A DNA stretch of 64,000 nt from Eledone cirrhosa (lineage: Eukaryota), in assembly GCA_964016885.1 (NCBI GenBank), contig OZ024766.1, positions 7,378,001-7,442,000 on the forward strand, in the 5' to 3' direction. Below the pieces are notes generated by a model, which was not told the DNA's origin, did not search any database, and saw nothing but the letters and a program-made list of their open reading frames with translations. This document shows positions 53,757 to 64,000 of the stretch, one piece after another (positions within the stretch are counted from its first letter, which is position 1; every line of letters begins with the position of its first letter). A program made the position numbers and the translations under genes.

Positions 53757-55545
53757 GGAACCCTTAAAACGGGTTTTATTTCATAGAACCAGGGCTGGTA
53801 TCAAAAGAGTTAGATAAAAACCCTTTAAACAGGTTTTATTTCATAGAACTAGGGCTGGTATCAAAAGAGCTAGATAAAAACCCTTTAAACAGGTTTTATT
53901 TCATAGAACTAGGCTGGTATCAAAAGAGTTAGATAAAAACCCTGTAAACAGATTTTATTTCATAGAACTAGGGCTGGTATCAAAAGAGCTAGATAAAAAC
54001 CCTTCAAACAGGTTTTATTTCATAGAACTAGGGCTGGTATCAAAAGAGTTAGATAAAAACCCTTTAAACAGGCTTTATTTCATAGAACTAGGGCTGGTAT
54101 CAAAAGAGTTAGATAAAAACCCTTTAAACAGGCTTTATTTCATAGAACTAGGGCTGGTATCAAAAGAGTTAGATAAAAACCCTGTAAACAGATTTTATTT
54201 CATAGAACTAGGGCTGGTATCAAAAGAGTTAGATAAAAACCCTTTAAACAGGCTTTATTTCATAGAACTAGGGCTGGTATCAAAAGAGTTAGATAAAAAC
54301 CCTTTAAACAGGTTTTATTTCATAGAACTAGGGCTGGTATCAAAAGAGTTAGATAAAAACCCTTTAAACAGGCTTTATTTCATAGAACTAGGGCTGGTAT
54401 CAAAAGAGTTAGATAAAAACCCTTTTAACAGGTTTTATTTCATAGAACCAGGGCTAGTTTTTACTAGGGCTGGCATCAAAAGAGTTAGATAAAACCCTTT
54501 AAACAGGAGGATTTATTTCATAGAACCAGGGCTAGTTTTTGACAGGGGGTGGTATCAAAAGAGTTAGATAAAAACCCGTAAGCAGGTTTTATTTCATAGA
54601 ACCAGAGCTAGTTTTTACTAGGGCTGGTACCAAAAGAGTTAGATAAAAACCCTTAAACAGGTGATTTATTTCATAGAACCAGAGCTATTTTTTGACAGGG
54701 GCTGGTATCAAAAGAGTTAGATAAAAACCCTTAAACAGGTTTTATTTCATAGAACCAGGGCTATTTTTTGACAGGGGCTGGTATCAAAAGAGTTAGATAA
54801 AAACCTTTAAACAGGAGGATTTATTTCATAGAACCAGGGCTATTTTTTGACAGGGGGTGGTATCAAAAGAGTTAGATAAAAACCCTTAAACAGGTTTTAT
54901 TTCATAGAACCAGGGCTATTTTTTGACAGGGGCTGGTATCAAAAGAGTTAGATAAAAACCCTTAAACAGGTTTTATTTCATAGAACCAGGGCTATTTTTT
55001 GACAGGGGCTGGTATCAAAAGAGTTAGATAAAAACCCTTAAACAGGTTTTATTTCATAGAACCAGGGCTCTTTTTTGACAGGGGGTGGTATCAAAAGAGT
55101 TAGATAAAAACCCTTAAACAGGTTTTATTTCATAGAACCAGAGCTAGTTTTTACTAGGGCTGGTACCAAAAGGGTTAGATAAAACCCTTTAAACAGGAGG
55201 ATTTATTTCATAGAACCAGGGCTATTTTTTGACAGGGGGTGGTATCAAAAGAGTTAGATAAAAACCCTTAAACAGGTTTTATTTCATAGAACCAGGGTTA
55301 TTTTTTGACAGGGGCTGGTATCAAAAGAGTTAGATAAAAACCCTTAAACAGGTTTTATTTCATAGAACCAGGGCTATTTTTTGACAGGGGCTGGTATCAA
55401 AAAAGTTAGATAAAAACCCTTAAACAGGTTTTATTTCATAGAACCAGGGCTATTTTTTGACAGGGGCTGGTATCAAAAAAGTTAGATAAAAACCCTATAA
55501 AATGGATGGTTTTATTGCATAGAACCAGGGCCTTTTTTTTTATAC
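53757..55545 (+). repeat. 60-bp then ~72-bp minisatellite resembling a TTAA-MITE right end
   Basis: AAACAGGTTTTATTTCATAGAACCAGGG...GGTATCAAAAGAGTTAG, similar to 43395-43457. Confidence 0.85.
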
Positions 55546-55712
55546 CAGGGTTGGCAGTCAAACAGGTTTTATATCAAACTATATTTAGAAGATTTCTAAT
55601 TTAAAAAGGGGCCCTTCAAAAGGGAGCAGGTTTTGGTATGATAAAGGTTTAAAAGAGGTGAACAACAAATTATGGTTAAAAAGGAACGGGATGGGGGAGT
55701 GTTGATACTTAC

Positions 55713-55827
55713 TTCATATAGGGACCTCCGCCCATGTTTCCAACTCCTCCGGGTCCCATTCCACGACCTCCACCACGGAATCTCTGGCGACCCCCACCAC
55801 GGAATCGCCCACTGCTTCCACCACGAC
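55713..55827 (-). CDS. CHTOP: CHTOP internal RGG exon ([38 protein letters not shown])
   Basis: TTCCACAG| acceptor and AA|GTAAGT donor; 115 nt, phase 1 to 2, consistent with neighbours. Confidence 0.88.
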
Positions 55828-56496
55828 CTGTGGAATAATCCATTGAGAGTGTGAGGGTGAGTGAGGGTGAGAGTGAGAGAGTAAGAGTAAGAGAGGGTGA
55901 GTGAGAGTGAGGGAGGAGGGTGAGAGAGAGGGAGAAGGTGAGTGAGGGTGAGCGAGAGAGTGAGTAAGAGTGAGGGAGGAGGGTGAGAGAGAGGGAGAAG
56001 GTGAGTGAGGGTGAGCGAGAGGGTGAGTGAGAGTGAGGGAGGAGGGTGAGAGAGAGGGAGAAGGTGAGTGAGGGTGAGCGAGAGAGTGAGTAAGAGAGGG
56101 TGAGTGAGGGTGAGGGAGGAGGGTGAGAGAGAGGGAGAAGGTGGGTGAGGGAGAGCGAGAGAGTGAGTAAGAGAGGGTGAGTGAGAGTGAGGGAGGAGGG
56201 TGAGAGAGAGGGAGAAGGTGGGTGAGGGAGAGAGAGAGTAAGAGAGGGTGAGTGAGAGTGTGAGGGAGAGAGTGAGTGAGGGTGAGAGAGAGGGGGGAAA
56301 GCAAGAGTGAGAGTAAGAGAGGGTGAGAGAGAGAGATGGTGAGAGAGGGAGATGGTGAGAGAGAGGATGAGTGAGAGTAAGAGAGAGTGAGAGAGAGAGA
56401 GGGTGAATGAGAGAGTGAGTGAGTGAGATAGAGAGAGTGAGTGTTGGGTGAATAAATATATACACTATATACATGTATATATATATATATATATAC

Positions 56497-56574
<78 letters not shown>

Positions 56575-56664
56575 GTACATATATATATATATATATATAC
56601 ACATGTATATATATACATATATATACATACATATATATACATATATATACATACATATATATAC

Positions 56665-56740
<76 letters not shown>

Positions 56741-56786
56741 GTATGTATATATATATATATATATATATATACATACATATATATAC

Positions 56787-56819
<33 letters not shown>

Positions 56820-56850
56820 CACATGTATATATATACATATATATACATAC

Positions 56851-56906
<56 letters not shown>

Positions 56907-56938
56907 GTATGTATATACATATATATATATATATATAC

Positions 56939-56969
<31 letters not shown>

Positions 56970-57154
56970 CATATATATACATATATATATAATATATGTG
57001 TGTGTGTGTGTGTGTGTGTAATTATTGGGTGTATACATTGGGTGTCAAGTTTGAAATTTGTAGGAGAAATAACATATGACCATATGCCCCGCTACAAATT
57101 TCATACTTGACGGGCCCCAATAAAATAAGAAATAACAATGAAAAGCCATCCTAC

Positions 57155-57413
57155 CTCGTCCCCTTAACATGGGCAGACTGCGTCCATCTTCCATCCCGGG
57201 GGGTCCGCTGGTGCCCAGGGAGAGGGCACTGTGCTGCCTGGACAGGTTCGATCCTCGACTCCGTCCCACCATGCCGCCACGCATGCCAGGGTTCAGCCCA
57301 CGCCCCCTGAAGCGACCACCTCTGGATCTGCCGCGTCCACCACGGCCCCGCATTACTGATAGACTCAGCCGGGACTTTACGTTGCTTTTGCCGAGACGTT
57401 GCTTCAGACTGCG
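57155..57413 (-). CDS. CHTOP: CHTOP internal exon (RSLKQRLGKSNVKSRLSLSVMRGRGG...)
   Basis: SLKQRLGKSN matches the CHTOP motif preceding the GAR region; TTTACAG| acceptor and GAG|GTAGGA donor; upstream exons not found in the window. Confidence 0.9.
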
Positions 57414-57459
57414 CTGTAAACATTACAGGAGAGAGACACACACACACATATATATATAT

Positions 57460-57990
57460 AGATATATTTCTTTATTAGCCACAGGGGCACAAAAGAAGGG
57501 GACAAATACAAAGGGGGAAGTTTACATACAATAAAAACGTGTAAAATGTTATCACAGATGGAATTTAAAAGTTAGTCGATTTTCCCCAATAGAGGGAGAC
57601 AGTTTATATGGGTAACACAGACTCCCGAAAAAAATGTGCAACCCTCATCTCCAGGAGTACGAAGAGCTTGTACTCCTTTCCTCTCCTCCTCCTTTTCCTC
57701 AACCTACAGGCTGATATAGAGAGAAGGCCCATTCACTCGGGCCATTCTCGCCACTTTCACCCACCTTTCATAAAACTTGCTGGGGTACAGCACCTCTCTC
57801 TCCATCCTGACTCTTCTTCCAAAGTGGTATTTGAAAAAAAGAATCAGTTGTTGGCCGGAGAGAAAGGTGTCTGACCTCAGCCCTTTCAACCTCGTCCACC
57901 ATACAACCTCTTTCGCCATAGCTATCACACAAAGGAAAACCGCCTCTCCTTCGTTTTTGAAGGAGGGTGGCGGTTTGATCATGACAATGG
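57460..57990 (-). mobile_element. 5'-truncated L1/Tx1-like LINE 3' end
   Basis: ORF end AMAKEVVWWTRLK...ERE...FYERW, then 3'UTR; both sides in (CA)(TA) microsatellite. Confidence 0.6.
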
Positions 57991-58142
57991 ACACACATAT
58001 ATATATATAGATAGATATATAGATAGATACACGCACACCTAGGTATAATTTAAATATATACACTACCAAACCAGCTTCTTACATAACGGTTGGTCAATAT
58101 TTATGGTACGTCAAAATTATTTATAAAACTGTTTATATATTG

Positions 58143-58208
58143 TATTTTATCTGAAGAAGGCATGCCATATTTTTAATATGGTATCCCCGAAATATGTATA
58201 ATGAAATA
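58143..58208 (+). ncRNA. Type-I hammerhead ribozyme
   Basis: UAUUUUAU-CUGAAGA-AGGCAUGCCAUAUU(uuu)AAUAUGGUAUCCCC-GAAA-UAUGUA-UA-AUGAAAUA. Confidence 0.7.
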
Positions 58209-58349
58209 AATATGGTTTTATAAATATGGTTTTATAAATATAGTTTCCATTTGTTTAATATCGTATATCTACTCCAAAACTTGTTGAGTGCTTTATATAA
58301 GTTATAAAATATTTACTTGTTGTAACCCAACAATTTTATATAAAACTTT

Positions 58350-58404
<55 letters not shown>

Positions 58405-59211
58405 CGAAGGAAATGTGGTAAGGAACCAGGTGGACCATAACGCACCAAAGTACTCGATACTTGAGGTAGTAGAGTGGGTAATAGGAACCAGTAAGACCCC
58501 GACAGCTGAGCTCAAGCCGTTTCGACGGCTAATTCGAAACGGCTTGAGCTCAGCTGTCGGGGTCTTACTGGTTCCTATATATATATATATATATATATAT
58601 TTTGTTTTCATTTTACATCTGCTTTTCCCTGCTTGCAAGGGTGGGGACAGGAACTGATTCTGGCTTGATTTCTACAGCTGGATGCCCTTCCTAACACCAA
58701 CCTCATTTACAGTGAGTGCTGGGTGCTTTTTTGCCGTGGCACCTCCACGACCACTTTGCAGTGGAATGATAGGGACCCCAGTCCCTATCATCTCATTTCT
58801 ACAGCTGAGTAAACTGGAGCAATGTGAAATAAAGTGTCTTGCTCAAGGAAACAACACATCACCCGGTCTGAGAATTGAAGTCACAAGCTTTCGATTGCAA
58901 GCCCAATGTTCTAACCACTAAGCCATGTGCCTCCATATATATATATATAATTTTGATTATGTATTAATACTACTACACCAAACGACCAGCCCTGTCCATT
59001 GTTCAATTGGTCAAATATAGATTAAAATAGGCACTCCCAAAAATTCTTATTTAGATAAAATAAGCCATATACACATTGTATTCTCATTAAAAACCTTCTA
59101 TATACTTGTTTACCAGCAAATTGCCATCTGTCATATACTATCCCTTCTCTTCTTCCTTTCTTACAACTAATATAAATACTTTGATTTTTCTGATTTTTTC
59201 CAATTTATTCA

Positions 59212-59330
59212 ATATCTCTGAAGAAGTGACAACTGATTATACATTTGCTATCGAATACTTGCTAACATTATATGATTACGCAAGCAGCGATACATAGGTA
59301 TTCCGTCTGTTACAGAAACATATGTCAATA
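59212..59330 (+). ncRNA. Hammerhead-like motif with degenerate stem I
   Basis: CUGAAGA-AGUGACA...UGUUACA-GAAA-CAUAUG-UC. Confidence 0.45.
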
Positions 59331-60028
59331 CCTAATAAATTCCTTTATAAAAGCACTTTCATTTTATATTCATCTTTTCTATATATATATATATATATTA
59401 GAAAGATCGAATATCGAAAAATCGGCGCACGAGTTCACGATAAACGAGATTCGATAAGAGCGGCAGAGGGCTCAATAATTCAGATGAATCAGAGCTATAA
59501 CTATCGTTAAAATACCGTCACATATAGAACAAGTCTACAATCAACCATACGATTTAAAATCGATAGAGGAAGATTCGGGACAAACAGATAAAAAATATCA
59601 ATAAAACAATACGTCAATAATTTAAATGAATGTATATATATAGTTAAATAAGATAACATGGACGATTGGTTACTCCTTCATTATGTTTATTGGTTGGTGA
59701 CGCGTGTTTGCCACTGACCAGCTTAAGGTTCGATCTGTCTCGATCTGACCTGACTCTGTAATCCACAGCTCGTCAGACCGCTTGTAATGTTAATATTGAG
59801 TGCTCACCCGGGTGAACCTACAGTAACTCCAAGTTTACCATGTAGGAGACATGGTATAAAGGCTCCCAGTGCACACCGTAAATGTGGTTGGTGTTAGGAA
59901 GGGCTTCCAGCTGTAAAAAAAAAAAACCTGCCAGAGACGCTTCCGTGCGAGCGAGACATGGTCTCCCGACCATTCCCGCATCAAATGGAACAAAACCGTC
60001 TAACCCATGCTAGCATGGAAGATGGACG

Positions 60029-60238
60029 TTAACCCTTTAGCATTCACATTACTCTATGTATACTACTATATTTTTGTGGTGGAAGACTTTATCTCATATA
60101 ATTATGGCGCATAATATCGAATCTATGAGATTTTGATATTATTTCTTTTGAGAACAATACCTCAACATCAGTATGAGTGGCCGAAAGAGGTGGGAGAATT
60201 CTGGCCGGTGACGGCCGGTTTAAATGCTAAAGGGTTAA
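60029..60238 (+). mobile_element. Intact ~205-bp TTAA (piggyBac-type) MITE, parent of the 60/72-bp arrays
   Basis: TTAA-CCCTTTAGCATT...AATGCTAAAGGG-TTAA. Confidence 0.85.
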
Positions 60239-61007
60239 GCGCTGATGATGATGATGATGAGATATATATATATATATATATATAACAAATGAAATGTGGT
60301 AAGGAACCTGATGAACCATAACGCACCAGAGTACTCAATACTTAGGGTAGTAGAGTGGGTAATAGGTAAAAGTAAGACCCCCCCGACGGAAGAGCTCAAA
60401 CCATCGAGACATCTTGAGCTCTGCCGTCGGGGTCTTACTTTTTCCTATATATATATATATACACCACAGAGAAAGAGAAAGAGAGACACATACATATATA
60501 CACACGAGGTGAAAGTATTTTTAAAAAACAAAAAACATTTTTACTACAAAGACAATAAAAAAAAATAAAAATAAAAAGTAAAATAAAAAATAAAAAAACA
60601 CTTATAAAACAAAACAGACACTAGAACTAGCCAGGTAATACATGGAGAATTTCGTGAGTGTCCCCCAACTAAATCCCACTTAAATAACTGGTATTTATTT
60701 GCCAAAACGTCCAGCAAGAAATTAACCTTGAATATAAGCAACCCTTATCCTTCGTCGATTTTTTTTGTCACATAATTCTATGCTTATATACATATATATA
60801 TATATGTGTGTTTGTGTATATATAGATTTAAATATGTACACACACATATGTATATATACATATACACAAAAATGTGTATATATATATATATATATATAAA
60901 TACATACGCACACATATATATATATATATAAAAATATGTACACATATATATATATATATATATAAATATATACACACGTGTGTATGTATATCTAAATACA
61001 CACGCAC

Positions 61008-61049
<42 letters not shown>

Positions 61050-61864
61050 TGCTCTCGGGTCCCAAATCATAGAGGGAGGGGAAGGGAGAAATACTAGGGG
61101 GGGGGGGGGGGGGTAGAAAATCGATAATTTTTCTAGGTTGTCTGAGTTGGTTTTTTTTAAAAACCAGAATGAGTTGTTTAGTTTACATATTGAGACCCCA
61201 ACCCATCCTATTTATTTTATAATTTATAATGTAAGAGATCTCTAGTAATGTCCTTTTTTTGTCATGTATAATCTAAACTATAATGAAGTAAGGAGTGCGG
61301 AACTGCGTACCGTTTATAATTTTTTATCCCATTAGTAAAATAAGTTGCATTACTTTGAATAAATAATTGTTTCTACTTTAGGCACAAGGCCAGGAATTAC
61401 CCCAGTGCATTACTGGTACTTCATTTTATCGACCCCGTAAGGATGAAAGGCAAAGTCAACCTCGGCGGGATTTGAACTCAGATCGTAAAGGGACGTAACT
61501 ATGCTGGAAAGCATGGCGTCTGACCCTCTACCGATACTGCCAATCCACCACCCATTACTTTGAATAAATAATGAATGAATATTACATAATTTATCTACTA
61601 AATTTCGTTATTCTTGATTAAATATAAATGATTTTGTTGCTTATTTTAAGATTCATTTCTTTAAAATTTTCAAATGTCAACACTTCCGGTTAGCGATCGC
61701 TTAAATAAACATTCCTATATTTCTGTCACTAATTTCCTCCTAATGCAGTTTATATATAATTGTTTCTACTACTTTTGGCACAAGGCCAGCAAACACCCAG
61801 TACATTACTGGTACTTTATGTTATCGACCCCGTAAGGATGAAAGGCAAAGTTAACCTTGGCAGT

Positions 61865-62453
61865 TTATATATAATATCGTCTATTTTTAATGTAACATGG
61901 ATTACGTTACTGATTACATAAGACAGTGTAACAGTCTTCGTTCAATTTCTATGTATTGTATATTGTCAATTACGATTTTATTTGATGTATCATATCTACA
62001 TGTATATATACTTGTATAATATCAATATACACACTACACATGCTAGCAGATATATAATATCGTCTATTTTTAATGTATCATGGATTACGTTACTGATTAC
62101 ATAAGACAGTGTAACACAGTCTTCGTTCAATTTCTATGTATTATAAATTGTCAATTACGATTTTATTTGATGTATCATATCTACATGTATATATACTTGT
62201 GTATAATATCAATATACACACTACACATGCTAGCAGATATATAAAATCGTCTATTTTTAATGTATCATGGATTACGTTACTGATTACATAAGACAGTGTA
62301 ACACAGTCTTCGTTCAATTTCTATGTATTATATATTGTCAATTACGATTTTATTTGATGTATCATATCTACATGTATATATACTTGTGTATAATATCAAT
62401 ATACACACTACACATGCCAGCAGAAAAACCACCCATCGGGTGGTTTTTCTGCT
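61865..62453. repeat. ~185-bp x3 tandem repeat ending in a perfect 16-bp hairpin
   Basis: Units near 61867, 62051 and 62238; AGCAGAAAAACCACCC-ATC-GGGTGGTTTTTCTGCT at 62419-62453. Confidence 0.85.
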
Positions 62454-62869
62454 AATGATTTTTAATGTCTAAAGAAAAGTAATTCTTGCAGGAATGCCAC
62501 CATTTAAAATAAAATTTCACTGGAGATAGATCAACTCAATTTAATAAGTGGGGTAATGGTTAGAGTTAGCTGCCACTTAAAATATAATTTCACTGGAGAT
62601 AGAACAGCAAAATTTATTAAGCAAGGGTGGGGGAAGATTATTTGAGACCCGAGAGTACATGAGAACATATATATATATATATGTATATATATGTTCTCTT
62701 CTATACAATATCCTTCATTTACTGCATTCAGTCTCTCGATTAAGGGAATGCTAAGGCACCGTCTTACGTTAACCATCTTAACCCCAGTACTTATTTTAAA
62801 GGTTGATACTTCATTTATCGATCTCTGTTTGTTGACCTGCTAAGTCACAGGACATAACATCGTGTGAGA

Positions 62870-62928
<59 letters not shown>

Positions 62929-63418
62929 TATATATATATACATATATATATAATGTGTGTGTATATATGTATATATCAACACACATGCATGTATATAAAT
63001 ACATAATACACATATATCACACATACAGACAGACACATAAATACATATATACACACATGCATATATATATACATACACATACAAAAATACATACATACAT
63101 GCATATATATATATATATATACACATAAATACAAATACACACATGCATACATACATACATACATGCATATGCATATATATATACACACATAAATACAAAT
63201 ACATACATGCATATATATATACATATACATACATACATACACATACAAAAATACATACTTACATGCACATGCATATATAGATATATATACTCACATAAAT
63301 ACAAATACATACATGCATATATATATATAAATACATCTATAAAGATATATATACATACATATATATGTGTGTGAAAGTGGGTGAGTGTAAATACAAGATA
63401 TGTGTGTGTGTGTGCGCA

Positions 63419-63450
<32 letters not shown>

Positions 63451-63457
<7 letters not shown>

Positions 63458-63590
63458 CAAAGTTCTTTCGTCACACATTCTGTGACCTCTTCAGTGACTG
63501 GGGATTCTTTTCTTTGATTTTTGTGCCTCTCCCTTGTTCTGTCACTGAAGAGGTCACATAATGTGTGACGAAAGAACTTTGACAATATAT
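63451..63590. ncRNA. Inverted pair of hammerhead-like motifs
   Basis: (U)GUCA-CUGAAGA-GGUCACA..UGUGAC-GAAA-GAAC-UU-UGACA on + (63540-63584) and on - (63455-63498). Confidence 0.5.
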
Positions 63591-64000
63591 GAACAATCGT
63601 CTGGTTATATATATATTTATGTACCGTATATGCTGGCGTGCAAATCAATTTGGCGGATAAGTCGCCCCCTAAAATTACGAGGGTAGACTTGTGCCTCTGA
63701 GGGGAACTTTCTAGAATAAAAAACCATAGTAACTATAGATCTTTTTTGATTTCTCTTTGCCACGGACTCCTTGTTTTTTCTTTCCCCGATAACTTTCCAG
63801 TTATTGATGCACTGTGGATAGAGGTATTGTCTTTGATGTGTCAAAACATCCGAGACCCACTGCAGACAACTGATGAGGGGATCTGCCGTTCATTTGTGTC
63901 TTCCTTACATTTCTAAACACTCGTTTTTAGTAATCACACAGCACCCTGTCCCTTCTAAATTTATAAATATATATCACCATCATCATCATCATTTTACGTC

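Noticed and set aside
62531-62860. Possible CHTOP N-terminal exon
   Set aside because: No SLNERF-like motif or clear splice sites; looks like a SINE remnant

Overview
Eukaryotic, AT-rich and extremely repeat-dense DNA. Long (TA/CA)n microsatellites, MetaSINE-type and tRNA/RTE-tail SINEs, RTE LINEs and a KRAB-less tandem C2H2 gene point to a coleoid cephalopod (octopus-like); this taxonomy is inference. Two real genes lie on the minus strand. One is a 19-finger C2H2 zinc-finger gene (CDS 16000-17619). The other is the 3' part of a CHTOP/FOP orthologue (exons 57155-57413, 55713-55827, 35028-35379, plus a probable 99-nt cassette exon at 49092-49190). Nearly all other ORFs in the track are microsatellite or minisatellite artefacts or TE remnants (RTE, Tx1/L1, CRE-like RLE, DD37D maT, MITEs). 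Three things stand out. (1) About a dozen type-I hammerhead ribozyme motifs sit in short TA-flanked Penelope-like or retrozyme-like elements, including a 279-bp tandem dimer with a U3-A8 core variant in the CHTOP intron; many of these elements fold back at ribozyme helices. (2) Most minisatellites can be traced to a segment of a parent TE, often amplified independently at several loci. (3) A 33-bp array carries about 34 AATAAA signals just downstream of the CHTOP cassette exon. All structures were folded by eye and coordinates of repeats are approximate.
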